From: Clostridium sp. AF37-5
GTDB lineage: Bacteria > Bacillota > Clostridia > Oscillospirales > Acutalibacteraceae
Reading direction: 5' to 3'
DNA: 64,000 nucleotides
Assembly (NCBI GenBank): GCA_963625835.1
Contig: CAVFVA010000002.1
Location: 17,058 to 81,057 of the forward strand
The notes beneath the pieces were generated by a model. That model did not search any database and had not been told where the DNA came from. It saw nothing but the letters and a program-made list of their open reading frames with translations. Each line of letters starts with the position of its first letter. Position 1 is the stretch's first letter. Position numbers and translations under genes: made by a program. Shown here piece by piece: positions 10,252-20,031 of this stretch.

Positions 10252-12435
10252 TCAAATTTTTTCAAGTTTGGCATAATTCGCCATCAGTTTTTTGGTGCCT
10301 GCGCGGTCAAAAGCCACTTCAAGCATTGTATCATTGCCCATTGCCCTGGCAGAGAGCACTACACCCGTGCCGAACGCCTTATGGCGCACCGTGTCGCCTG
10401 CTGAATAGCTTTGAGCCGAAACGGAAGCACCGCCGACCTGCCCAAATTTGTGAGCCGCCGACGAAGACGAACTGTGTGCCGGCTGAGTGAACGCACCGAA
10501 TTTCGAATGAGGCACATAGCTTTGCACGGTAATATCCTCCGTTACACCCACCGGAATTTCACGCAAAAAACGCGACGCCTGATTGCGATTCGTGGTGCCG
10601 TAAAGCATTCTGCGGCGTGCATTAAGCAGATAAAGTTTTTCCTTTGCCCTTGTGATGCCCACATAGGCAAGGCGGCGTTCTTCTTCCAAATCCTCCTCGT
10701 TAAAAACGGATTGGCTGCCGGGGAAAATACTTTCCTCCATTCCGGGAATAAACACAACGGGAAATTCAAGGCCTTTTGCCGCATGAAGAGTCATAAGCAC
10801 AACGGCGTCATCATCCTCATTATATGAATCTATATCCGAAACGAGCGCAACATCCTCCAGGAAATCGGAAAGCTCAAAATCCTCTTCCTCCTCCTGATAT
10901 TTCACAAACATTGAGGAAAGCTCGTTTATATTGTTTTTTCTGTCCTCCGCGGTTTCGGGATCTTCCTCAAGCCAGTCGAAATACTTTGTTTTTTCCAGCA
11001 CTTCCTGCAAAAGATCCGAAAGCGGCATTTCATCATCAAGGCAATTTTGAAAATGCCTTATCATTGCGGCAAAAGCCTGCAATTTTTGAGCGGCACGCAA
11101 GGTTTTTTGAAATTCATCGGCGCGCTCGCAAACCTCAAACGCAGATATGCCGAGTCCCGTTGCAATTTCCATAACATAGGCAAACATAGTGTCACCTATT
11201 CCCCTTTTGGGCACATTGATAATTCTTTGCAGGCGCACATTGTCAGCCGGATTGTTGATAACGGCAAAATAGGAGATAATATCCTTGATTTCCTTGCGGT
11301 CAAAGAATCTGTTTCCACCGATAACCTTGTGCGGAATGCCGCTTTTTGCAAATGTGATTTCTATGTTTCGCGACTGAGCGTTCATTCTGTAAAGCACGGC
11401 ATGGTCGCTCATTTTTCTGCCGTTTTTAACATTTTTAACGATTTCCTGCGCAATGAACTTTGCTTCGTCTGCCTCATCCTCAAGCGTGTTGAAAATGATT
11501 TTTTCGCCGCCGCCGGATTGCGTCCACAAATTCTTGCCCTTGCGGTTTTTGTTGTTTGCGATAACGGCATTTGCCGCGTCAAGAATATTTTGTGTGGAAC
11601 GGTAATTTTGCTCCAGCCTGATAACGCGGGCGTTTTTATATTGGTTTTCAAACGAAAGAATATTTTCTATCGTTGCACCTCTGAAACGGTAAATACTTTG
11701 GTCGTCGTCGCCCACAACACAAATATTATTATATCCGCCGGCAAGCAGAGAAACCAATATGTATTGCGCGTGCGAGGTATCCTGATATTCATCCACCATA
11801 ACATATTTAAACTGCTTTTGATAAAGCTCCAGCACATCCGGATTGCCCTCAAGCAGTCGCACGGTGTTAAAGATGATATCGTCAAAATCCATGGCATCCG
11901 ATTTTAAAAGCTCTTTTTGATAAAGCTCGTAGCAATCGGCAATGCGTGCCTTTCTGAAATCGTTTTGAGCCAATTTTTTATATTCTTCATAATCAACAAG
12001 GCCGTCCTTCGCCGAGCTGATTTCCGAAAGAATGGATTTATGGTGCAAAATTTTATCCGATATTTCAAGTGCCTTTTGGCAATGCTTCATCACTCTTTTT
12101 TGATCGTCCGTATCATAAATTGTGAAGTGGGAAGTGTAGCCGAGCCTGTCGGCAAATCTTCTTAAAATTCTGGCGCAGCAGGAGTGAAATGTGTAAGCCC
12201 AAATATCATTTGCCTCCGGACCGATTGCATTTATGAGCCTTTCGCGGATTTCGCCTGCCGCCTTGTTTGTGAATGTGATGGCAAGCACCTGCCACGGCAA
12301 GGCAAGACCGCTGCCGATTATGTGCTGAACTCTGTTTACAAGCACGGTGGTTTTGCCCGACCCTGCGCCCGCAAGAATTAAAAGCGGACCTTCGGTTTGA
12401 TTAACAGCTTCCTGCTGCATTGCATTTAAAGCCAT
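10252..12435 (-). CDS. pcrA: ATP-dependent DNA helicase PcrA/UvrD
   Basis: AGAGSGKT, VDEYQDT, VGDDDQSIYRFRGA, LEQNYRST, HAAKGLEF, EERRLAYVGITRA. Confidence 0.97.
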   Translation of the reverse strand: MALNAMQQEAVNQTEGPLLILAGAGSGKTTVLVNRVQHIIGSGLALPWQVLAITFTNKAAGEIRERLINAIGPEANDIWAYTFHSCCARILRRFADRLGYTSHFTIYDTDDQKRVMKHCQKALEISDKILHHKSILSEISSAKDGLVDYEEYKKLAQNDFRKARIADCYELYQKELLKSDAMDFDDIIFNTVRLLEGNPDVLELYQKQFKYVMVDEYQDTSHAQYILVSLLAGGYNNICVVGDDDQSIYRFRGATIENILSFENQYKNARVIRLEQNYRSTQNILDAANAVIANNKNRKGKNLWTQSGGGEKIIFNTLEDEADEAKFIAQEIVKNVKNGRKMSDHAVLYRMNAQSRNIEITFAKSGIPHKVIGGNRFFDRKEIKDIISYFAVINNPADNVRLQRIINVPKRGIGDTMFAYVMEIATGLGISAFEVCERADEFQKTLRAAQKLQAFAAMIRHFQNCLDDEMPLSDLLQEVLEKTKYFDWLEEDPETAEDRKNNINELSSMFVKYQEEEEDFELSDFLEDVALVSDIDSYNEDDDAVVLMTLHAAKGLEFPVVFIPGMEESIFPGSQSVFNEEDLEEERRLAYVGITRAKEKLYLLNARRRMLYGTTNRNQASRFLREIPVGVTEDITVQSYVPHSKFGAFTQPAHSSSSSAAHKFGQVGGASVSAQSYSAGDTVRHKAFGTGVVLSARAMGNDTMLEVAFDRAGTKKLMANYAKLEKI

Positions 12436-12568
12436 TTGATTACGCTGCCTTTCCGACTGCCGTTTTATTTAAGTGCCGTTCCCGTTGCAGTCCACACGGG
12501 GGGGCAGAGAATGTTTTTTGATTTGTGCGGCAAAATCGAACTCAATATGTAAACCTGCGATTAAGCCG

Positions 12569-12596
12569 AAAAAAAGGGTGTGTTTATCACACCCTT
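12569..12596 (-). terminator. Intrinsic terminator of decarboxylase beta gene
   Basis: AAGGGTGTG...CACACCCTT stem with A-tract on the left (U-tract on minus strand). Confidence 0.7.
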
Positions 12597-12615
12597 TAAG
12601 CCTTTTAAATTTAAA

Positions 12616-13836
12616 TTATTTAAGTAGAGTAAGCAAAACGCCTGCCGCAACCGCCGAGCCGATAACGCCCGAAACATTCGGACCCATTGCATGCATAAGC
12701 AGGAAGTTGGAGGGGTTTTCCTTTTGACCCACCTTTTGGCTTACGCGAGCCGCCATAGGAACGGCTGAAACGCCTGCAGAGCCGATAAGCGGATTTACCT
12801 TGCCCTTTGTGAATATGCACATCAGCTTGCCGAAAAGAACGCCGCCTGCCGTGCCTACGGAGAAAGCAACAAGACCGAGAGCAATAATGAAAATCGAATT
12901 CAAATTCAGGAAGCTTTGCGCGCTTGTTGTGGCACCTACGGAAAGACCGAGCATAATCGTTATGATATTCATAAGCTCATTCTGAGCGGCTTTTGCAATT
13001 CTTTCGGTTCTGCCGCTTTCCTTAAGCAGGTTGCCGAACATAAGCATGCCAACAAGTGATGCCGCATCGGGAAGAAGAAGCGAAACGATAACCGTTACCA
13101 TAATCGGGAACAGGATTTTTTCAAGCTTTGAAACGGAGCGCAAATTGCCCATAACGATGCTGCGCTCTTTTTTGGTGGTGAGTGCACGCATAATAGGCGG
13201 CTGAATAACGGGAACGAGCGCCATATATGAATATGCGGCAACGGCGATTGTGCCGAGCAATTCCGGAGCCAATTTTGAGGTTACAAAAATAGCCGTAGGA
13301 CCGTCTGCACCGCCGATGATGCCGATTGAGCCGGCCTGTTGAGGCGTAAAACCGAAAAGGATTGCGCCGACATAAGTGATGAAAATGCCAAGCTGAGCCG
13401 CTGCACCGAGGATGAAGCTTGAGGGATTTGCAATAAGAGGAGCAAAATCCGTCATTGCGCCGATTCCGAGGAATATGAGCGGCGGATAAATTCCGGCTTT
13501 AACGCCGAAATACAGGAAATCCATCAACCCCGGCGTGCACACTGCGCCGGTGGTTTCATCCACCAATCTGCCTGCCAACAAATCTATAAAGCCCTGCAAA
13601 TCGTGATATTGCACGGCAAGGTTTGCACCGGGAATATTTGCCAACAGCATGCCGAATGCGATGGGCACCATAAGCAAAGGCTCAAAGCCCTTCTTTATTC
13701 CGAGATAAAGAAGAACAAAAGCCACTAAAATCATGATTAAGTTTTTAAAACCGCCGTCTGCGGTGAAGAAATAGGCGTAACCGCTGTTTATTGCAATATC
13801 GGTTATTGCGCCCCAAACACCTTGTAAAATTTCCAC
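12616..13836 (-). CDS. Na+-translocating decarboxylase beta subunit (OadB/MmdB/GcdB family)
   Basis: [57 protein letters not shown]. Confidence 0.95.
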   Translation of the reverse strand: MEILQGVWGAITDIAINSGYAYFFTADGGFKNLIMILVAFVLLYLGIKKGFEPLLMVPIAFGMLLANIPGANLAVQYHDLQGFIDLLAGRLVDETTGAVCTPGLMDFLYFGVKAGIYPPLIFLGIGAMTDFAPLIANPSSFILGAAAQLGIFITYVGAILFGFTPQQAGSIGIIGGADGPTAIFVTSKLAPELLGTIAVAAYSYMALVPVIQPPIMRALTTKKERSIVMGNLRSVSKLEKILFPIMVTVIVSLLLPDAASLVGMLMFGNLLKESGRTERIAKAAQNELMNIITIMLGLSVGATTSAQSFLNLNSIFIIALGLVAFSVGTAGGVLFGKLMCIFTKGKVNPLIGSAGVSAVPMAARVSQKVGQKENPSNFLLMHAMGPNVSGVIGSAVAAGVLLTLLK

Positions 13837-13859
13837 AATAAAAGTCCTCCGATTAGCTG

Positions 13860-14291
13860 TTAAAACGGTCTTGCGTTATCTGCAGCCGCTGCTGCCGCCC
13901 ACGGGTTTCTGCCTGCCGGCTTTTTAACCCTGATTGACCTGACGGTGAATGAGCTGCCGCCCTCATAAGCGGAAACGGCTGCCGTGATTGCAGCCACAAC
14001 AGCAGGGTCTATGCCGCCTGCCGCAGGAGCTGCGGGAGCGGACGGTTTAACCGCCGAAGCCGCCGGCTTTTTTGCCGGAGCCGCCGGAGCCTGAGCCGCT
14101 TTGCTTTTTGATTTTTTTGATTTGCCTGTTTTAGACATTATTGCGCCGAAGCCCTTGAAAATAAAGATAAGAACAACCAAAACGAGCATAACGATAACTA
14201 TGCCCGAAATAACAACCGTTGCCGTTTGAGTCCAATCAATTTTGGCTGCAACGGGAGATGCAATATTCAATAATTCTACACCGTGCATCAT
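13860..14291 (-). CDS. Na+-translocating decarboxylase gamma/delta subunit (OadG family)
   Basis: N-terminal TM, Ala/Pro/Lys linker, VVAAITAAV motif, adjacent to beta subunit. Confidence 0.85.
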   Translation of the reverse strand: MMHGVELLNIASPVAAKIDWTQTATVVISGIVIVMLVLVVLIFIFKGFGAIMSKTGKSKKSKSKAAQAPAAPAKKPAASAVKPSAPAAPAAGGIDPAVVAAITAAVSAYEGGSSFTVRSIRVKKPAGRNPWAAAAAADNARPF

Positions 14292-14421
14292 TTATCCCTC
14301 CGAAAATCCAAATTAGTAGTATTATAAAACAGTTGCCTCGGATTTTCAACCGTAAAATTATATTTTTATATATATTGTCAAAAAATTATCACTCCGCGGC
14401 AAAAATATTATACAACGCCTA

Positions 14422-14449
14422 TTGATTTATTTTTAAAATCGCTTATAAT
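14422..14449 (+). promoter_or_regulatory. sigma-A promoter for the small ORF at 14515
   Basis: TTGATT-N16-TATAAT. Confidence 0.65.
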
Positions 14450-14514
14450 ATTATTAGCAATAACGCAAAACAAATTCAAAAGCCTGCAACGGCGTGTCCC
14501 AAAGGAGAATAATT

Positions 14515-14649
14515 ATGAAAAAGGAAACCCTGCTCATAGCAATTTTTGTGGCACTTATTATTTTATGGATAACCGAAACACTGGGAATGCAAAAAACATC
14601 CCGCCTGCTCGGAGGCGCGATTGATGTGGCATTTTCCCTTTTAAGATAG
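14515..14649 (+). CDS. 44-aa small membrane protein, type I toxin-like
   Basis: Not in ORF track; AAAGGAG RBS; MKKETLLIAIFVALIILWITETLGMQKTSRLLGGAIDVAFSLLR; own promoter and terminator. Confidence 0.75.
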   Translation: MKKETLLIAIFVALIILWITETLGMQKTSRLLGGAIDVAFSLLR

Positions 14650-14738
14650 CCTTAAACCTTGCGCACCCGCTCTTGGGGCACACTCCATAAAGAAGAATGT
14701 GGTTTAAGCTTTCTGAGTTTTGCCCGTTGCACTATTAA

Positions 14739-14774
14739 AAAAATCTGCCAATACGCAAGTATTGGCAGATTTTT
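14739..14774. terminator. Bidirectional intrinsic terminator
   Basis: AAAAATCTGCCAATAC-gcaa-GTATTGGCAGATTTTT perfect 16-bp stem. Confidence 0.9.
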
Positions 14775-14819
14775 GTTAATGCACCACGAACAAAATCAGT
14801 TCGCTTAAACTGCTTCGCA

Positions 14820-14928
14820 CTCAAAAATCAAAGAAACGGATAAAAGACAAGGCATAAATTGCAGGGCAGGCTGCCGCCTTCACTGCAATTTTAACGCAGT
14901 ATTTTGCCGTTTATTTGATTTATTGAGC
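14820..14928. repeat. Long imperfect palindrome (REP/MITE-like intergenic element)
   Basis: CTCAAAAATCAAAGAAACGG / CCGTTTATTTGATTTATTGAG outer arms, AAATTGCAG / CTGCAATTT inner arms. Confidence 0.55.
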
Positions 14929-15106
14929 AATTATTCTTTACGGAGTGCGCCCCTTTTCGGGTGCGTTTATTTTTTCGGTTAAATTTCAGCAAAGCCGCGC
15001 AGGAAACGCCCTGTTACGGCTTTTGCCGAAGCAGGGCGTTTCAGTTTGAAGCGGAGGAGCCAAAAGCCCCTCCGCTTATTATTTAACCTTTGCAGACAAT
15101 ATTAAA

Positions 15107-17140
15107 TTATTTTCCGTAGCCGAGCGAGCCGATATATGCAACGGTTCTTTCATCGGAACGCAATATTTGATAAGATTGCGTTTCAAACAGATAATTGCCG
15201 TTTTCATCCATATATTCCTGCACGCCGCCCTCATAGCCTTTGATAATATTGCCGCGCTTTGAGAAATCAGCCTCCTCAAGTTCGGCGCGCTTTTTATCTG
15301 AAAGCTCCGATGCGAAGTGGTAATTCATTATATCACCGTACACAACAACATTCACGCTGCCGCGATAATACCAGTTCAATTGCGAAAACAGCTCACTTTC
15401 AGTAATAAGAAAATCGTTTTTGCTTTCCGAAAGCCTGTCCGAAATCAGCAATTTGCGCAATTCAAGAATTTGCTGTTCGGTTAAGGAATTTGAAAATGCA
15501 CTGTCATACGAAGTTGAATATTCGCCTTCGCTGTCATAAGTCGTTTCGTCGGAATCATAACCGGCGAAATATGAATAATAAACATTCTTAAAATTATCTT
15601 CGCTGAGCGAGGTTTGATTGAGCACCTCTTCGTTTTGCACGGCGGCAACATATTCGTCAATAACCGCAGAATAGGCAACATCATATTTACGGGTGATTTT
15701 TTTGCCGTTTTTCAGCGTGTATCTTATTGTATAATTGAGAATGCTTTCGTTGTAATCACTCAAGCCTTCATTCATGCTGACATAATCGGCTCCGTTGCCC
15801 TCAAGATTTTTATAATAAAGCGCAGTTTTTTGGCGCGCATCGGCAGAAACGGTTTTTTGGTGCAAAGCGACAAGCTTTTCTGTGTTTTCCGGCTCGGTGA
15901 TTTTATAAACGCCTTCATCATCCGAATAACCGATATAAAGCAAAGTGCTTAAATAATCTGCAAGCGGCACTGAATTACTGTACGGAAACTGCTCAACCTC
16001 AAGTTGTGCGCTTTCAACGGAATCTGCCGAGGGAACGGCGGCAACAAACGATTTTTCCGGCGGAAAATACGAAAACAGCAGCAGAACAAGCCCTGCGGCA
16101 GCGGTGGCAGCAACGCAAACGGCGCCGCGCTTTGTGTATGCCTTTTTAAAGAAAATTGCACAAAAAATAAGCCCGTTCACAGCCGCAGTGATAATTCCCA
16201 CAACAGCAGTTACAAGAAAATTATCGGCAGCTTCAAAAAACACAAATCCGCCGAAAGCGAAAAGCACCAGCACAAGATACGGCATTACTTTTCCGCAAAC
16301 GCCGCCCTCTGCAGTTTCGGCAGGGCGTTTTTTAAACACGGTTAAGCCTGCAAAATAAAGCAGCACTGCTGCCGCAAGCGAAACGGGAATGCAAATCAAG
16401 AGCGGCTTATAATTGGTGAATGACGAATTTAAAACATTTATAAACGCACCGATCGGGCTGATTGAGGTGAAGCTTTCATAATCTGCCATTATTCCCCACA
16501 CAAGATTAAGCCTTGACGCCACGCCAACCGCGGCAATCAGCACGAACGACGCCGAAATTCCGCAAAGCACAAGATATTGAACAAGCTTTCCTGCCATTAC
16601 CGCACAAAGCATAAATGCAGCCCAAAAGGCAAGCAATGCCGCCACTGAAAACAGTGTGTACATGCACACAAGCTTAAAATTACAGGAAAACGAAAACTTG
16701 CCGGAAACGCCGCCTAATTTTATTGCCGACACAATTAAGCTTGCAAGAACCGGTGCGGCAGCATTTACGGCAGCACCCATAATAAAAGCGGCATTAAACC
16801 TGTTTGACCTTTTTATAGGCGCGGAAAAATACGAATCGCAGGCTCTTTTGCTGTAAATTTCGGAAAAATAATGGGCAGGCGCGATTAAATCATAAAGAAA
16901 AACAAAGAAAAAGACTATGCCGAAAACGATTTTATACGCGCTTGTAACATCAAAAACAGAAAACGCTGCAGATGCATCGCGCACTGCATAACCGTATTCA
17001 ATAAGCACGGCGGCAATTGCAACTGTAATGCAGCTGCAAAGTGCCGTTAAAAAGCCGGGCAAATAACGCCTGAAATTCATTTTAAGCACATTGCCGAGCT
17101 TGCTTTTTTTCAATTTAGTCAAACGAGTGGTTGAAGTCAT
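15107..17140 (-). CDS. Multi-TM membrane protein, probable ABC permease partner of the YtrA-type module
   Basis: About 10 hydrophobic segments, DSYFSAPIKR permease-like loop, large C-terminal extracellular region; GGAGGAGG RBS. Confidence 0.7.
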   Translation of the reverse strand: MTSTTRLTKLKKSKLGNVLKMNFRRYLPGFLTALCSCITVAIAAVLIEYGYAVRDASAAFSVFDVTSAYKIVFGIVFFFVFLYDLIAPAHYFSEIYSKRACDSYFSAPIKRSNRFNAAFIMGAAVNAAAPVLASLIVSAIKLGGVSGKFSFSCNFKLVCMYTLFSVAALLAFWAAFMLCAVMAGKLVQYLVLCGISASFVLIAAVGVASRLNLVWGIMADYESFTSISPIGAFINVLNSSFTNYKPLLICIPVSLAAAVLLYFAGLTVFKKRPAETAEGGVCGKVMPYLVLVLFAFGGFVFFEAADNFLVTAVVGIITAAVNGLIFCAIFFKKAYTKRGAVCVAATAAAGLVLLLFSYFPPEKSFVAAVPSADSVESAQLEVEQFPYSNSVPLADYLSTLLYIGYSDDEGVYKITEPENTEKLVALHQKTVSADARQKTALYYKNLEGNGADYVSMNEGLSDYNESILNYTIRYTLKNGKKITRKYDVAYSAVIDEYVAAVQNEEVLNQTSLSEDNFKNVYYSYFAGYDSDETTYDSEGEYSTSYDSAFSNSLTEQQILELRKLLISDRLSESKNDFLITESELFSQLNWYYRGSVNVVVYGDIMNYHFASELSDKKRAELEEADFSKRGNIIKGYEGGVQEYMDENGNYLFETQSYQILRSDERTVAYIGSLGYGK

Positions 17141-17389
17141 AACCTGCCTCCTCCGTTTATCGGCAAAGTTTTTAACCTGCCGTTTTAAAATTTAAATTGC
17201 GGCGCATCCAAGCGCTGCGCCCGAGCGGGCACAAAGCCCGGTTAAATTTATTTTTTGCTTTTGATTTTATATTCACGCAGCTGTTTCAAAAAAATCAACC
17301 CTCACGGCAACAAATCACCTGCAAATACATTGAATTCCGAGCAGCCATGTGCTAAAATTTTGTTATAATACATATGAGGGAGAATTTTT

Positions 17390-18487
17390 ATGATTTTTTT
17401 CATTGCCGCTTTGCTGCTTATAATATTTTGCGGTGCGGTTTTTTCAAAGCCGAACGAATTTAACAATGATTACATCGGCAAAAAGGACACCATTGCCGTT
17501 AAAGGAATTTTCGTTTTTTTGGTTTTTCTGAGCCATGCCGAAACATATATTGACGCCACGGGTGTGTTTGATTTACCCTATGTGAAAATCCAGGAATATT
17601 TAGATCAAATGATTGTTGCCATGTTTTTCTTTTATTCCGGCTTCGGAATAATGGAGCAAATAAAGCAACGAGGCGGCACATATATAGACACCGTTCCGAA
17701 AAAACGCTTTCCGCGTCTTTTGCTTAATACGGATATCTGCGTGGTGCTGTTTCTTATTTTAAACGCCGCAATCGGCAAAACCTTTAGCGCAAAGCAAATT
17801 TTGCTTTCTTTTATATGTTGGGATTCCGTAGGCAATTCAAACTGGTATATTTTTGACACCCTTGCGCTTTACATAATCACATTTTTATCGTTTTCAATCA
17901 TCAAAAAGAAAAGCGGCAAAAAAGCTCAGTTTTTTGGCTTGTGCCTCACGAGCGTGCTTTCCGTTGTGCTTGTTTTCGCACTCGCAAAAGGCAAAGCGGG
18001 CTTCGCTTATTGGTACGACACCCTGATTTTATATGCGCTCGGAATGTGGTATTCATTCTTCAAAAACGCAATCGAAAAGGTTTTAATGAAAAACGATTTG
18101 ATTTACCTTGCAATTTTCGCCTTTGTTGCCATAGCCTATCTTAAGGCATACGATATTCGCATAACAACAGATTTCAGGATTTACACCTACACGGCTTGGG
18201 CAGTGCTTTTCACGCTTGGAATTGTGATGATCACCCTTAAGGTTAAAATTACAAACCCCGTTCTTGAATGGTTCGGCAATCATGTTTTCAGCATTTATAT
18301 GCTTCAGCGGCTGCCGATGATTTTGCTTTCGCACCTTGGCATTGCAGAGCAAAACAAATATGCGTTTTTGATTGCATCGCTTGTTATTACCATGGTGCTT
18401 GCCGAAGCGTTTGACCGCTGCACAAAAGCATTTTATTCAAAAATTCAAAAAAACGATAAGCCGCAAACCGCCGGCACAAATGCTTAA
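17390..18487 (+). CDS. Acyltransferase family 3 (OafA-like) membrane protein
   Basis: KGIFVFLVFLSH, FFFYSGFG, NSNWYI, GNHVFSIYMLQ; own promoter TTGAAT-N17-TAAAAT at 17330-17358. Confidence 0.8.
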   Translation: MIFFIAALLLIIFCGAVFSKPNEFNNDYIGKKDTIAVKGIFVFLVFLSHAETYIDATGVFDLPYVKIQEYLDQMIVAMFFFYSGFGIMEQIKQRGGTYIDTVPKKRFPRLLLNTDICVVLFLILNAAIGKTFSAKQILLSFICWDSVGNSNWYIFDTLALYIITFLSFSIIKKKSGKKAQFFGLCLTSVLSVVLVFALAKGKAGFAYWYDTLILYALGMWYSFFKNAIEKVLMKNDLIYLAIFAFVAIAYLKAYDIRITTDFRIYTYTAWAVLFTLGIVMITLKVKITNPVLEWFGNHVFSIYMLQRLPMILLSHLGIAEQNKYAFLIASLVITMVLAEAFDRCTKAFYSKIQKNDKPQTAGTNA

Positions 18488-18533
18488 GCAGCCGCAAAAT
18501 CCGACAAAAGCAAGCGGAATTTTCTCGTTATAA

Positions 18534-19433
18534 TCAGGCAAACAAATTATTGATATTATAACCTGCCTCTTCCATTTCACTTATAAAAAGTTCTTCAAGG
18601 GTGAGCGGCAGCATTTCGTAAAACAGCGGATTCGATTGCTTTATCAAGCCCAATATTTCATCTTCGTTGCCCTTTATCGTCAATTCTGCCATTTTACCGA
18701 GTCTGCGCTCTTTAACTATATTAAGTTTAGGCTTCAGCACGGCATATGAAGCGTTATCCATTGCAAACTGAATTCTGAACACGCCGATGCTGCCGGAATC
18801 GATATCCTTTTCAAGCAGCAATCCGCCGCGGTGCAGCATGCCGATATGATCGCAAAAGCCCTCAAGTTCGCGCAGATTATGGGTGGAAATAATAACCGTT
18901 GCGCCGGTGCAGGCAACATATTCGATAAGTATTTTTTTAACAAGCTCGCGCACAACGGGATCAAGCCCGTCAAATATTTCATCAAAAAGCACAAGGCTCG
19001 GCTTATGCGAAAGTGCCAATATTATAGCCGCCTGCCTTTGCATGCCCTTGCTCATGGAAGAAATTTTTTGTGCCGGGTTAAGCTTAAAAAGTTCTTTAAG
19101 CCTTTTATATTCATCATCGTTCCAATCGGAAAAGGAATTTTTAAAATAAAACGCCATGGAATTAAGCGTTGCACCCGGATTAAAATACGGAAAATCCGAA
19201 ACAAAGGCGATTTTTTCCTTAATGCCCACATTTTCAAAAACATTTTCACCGCAAACAACAGCCTCACCGCCGTCTGCCTTTAAAACGCCGGAAAGAATGC
19301 GAAGCAACGTGCTTTTTCCTGCGCCGTTTGAGCCGACAAGCCCGAAAATAGAGCCCTCGCCAACCGTGAAAGACACCGAATCAAGTGCGATGGATTTGCC
19401 GAAACGCTTTGTTAAATTTTTAATTTCAATCAT
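18534..19433 (-). CDS. ABC transporter ATP-binding protein (YtrB-like)
   Basis: GSNGAGKST, MSKGMQRQ signature, FDEIFDGLDP. Confidence 0.93.
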   Translation of the reverse strand: MIEIKNLTKRFGKSIALDSVSFTVGEGSIFGLVGSNGAGKSTLLRILSGVLKADGGEAVVCGENVFENVGIKEKIAFVSDFPYFNPGATLNSMAFYFKNSFSDWNDDEYKRLKELFKLNPAQKISSMSKGMQRQAAIILALSHKPSLVLFDEIFDGLDPVVRELVKKILIEYVACTGATVIISTHNLRELEGFCDHIGMLHRGGLLLEKDIDSGSIGVFRIQFAMDNASYAVLKPKLNIVKERRLGKMAELTIKGNEDEILGLIKQSNPLFYEMLPLTLEELFISEMEEAGYNINNLFA

Positions 19434-19797
19434 CGCTGCCCCTCCATACGCCGTTTATTATGTCAACCACACTGCTTTTACTCATTCCTGCCATTTTGGC
19501 GTCTGCGGCAACAGCCTTGATTTGGACTGCAATTTTTTCGTGCACGCCTTCAAGCTCTGTTTTATTTACAAACACACCCTTGCCGGCAACGGTGTAAATA
19601 ACACCCTGCTGCTCCAAATCCTTATATGCCTTTGAAACAGTGTTCGGATTTATTCCCAGTTCCGTTGCAAGCGAACGAACGGAGGGCAAGGGGCTGTTTT
19701 CTTCATAAACGCCGAGATTTATAAATTTGATTATTGCTTTTTCGATTTGCACATATATCGGCTCACGGCCGGAAACATCTATTGAAAACAATCCCAA
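19426..19797 (-). CDS. GntR family regulator, YtrA subfamily
   Basis: LPSVRSLATELGINPNTVSKAYKDLEQQG; short, overlaps the ABC ATPase start. Confidence 0.92.
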   Translation of the reverse strand: MGLFSIDVSGREPIYVQIEKAIIKFINLGVYEENSPLPSVRSLATELGINPNTVSKAYKDLEQQGVIYTVAGKGVFVNKTELEGVHEKIAVQIKAVAADAKMAGMSKSSVVDIINGVWRGSDD

Positions 19798-19820
19798 CCC
19801 TCCTTTTTACAAAATTTTGC

Positions 19821-19884
19821 ACTGTACTATGATAAATAATACAGTTTTCAACTAATATATACCATAAAAAAATTATCCTGTCAA
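19821..19884 (-). promoter_or_regulatory. sigma-A promoter plus palindromic YtrA-type operator
   Basis: TTGACA at 19884-19879 with TATATA/TATATT -10; operator ACTGTAcTAT-N5-ATAaTACAGT at 19821-19845. Confidence 0.75.
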
Positions 19885-19895
19885 TAAAATTCACA

Positions 19896-19926
19896 CAAAA
19901 AGCCGGCGCAATCGTGCCGGCTTTTT
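19896..19926. terminator. Intrinsic terminator of GPH transporter
   Basis: AAAAAGCCGGCGC-aatc-GTGCCGGCTTTTT. Confidence 0.8.
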
Positions 19927-20031
19927 GTATTTGAAACTGTGTGCGAAATACAAATTTTATTTAGCGCAGCAAAGCAATGTTGCTGCATTTTTGTTTGCCG
20001 AAATTATCACAGACCGAGCGGCAACGGAAAA

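Noticed and set aside
11047..11907. 286-aa antisense ORF (likewise 25193-26020, 35758-36495, 52541-53143, 61034-61639, 55053-55778)
   Set aside because: Shadow ORFs opposite well-supported genes, with no recognisable motifs
14690..14735. c-di-GMP-I riboswitch-like GGGCAAAAC...GAAA on minus strand
   Set aside because: Lacks the GACGCAAAGC junction and P2/P3 pairing; better explained as 3' complement of the small ORF leader
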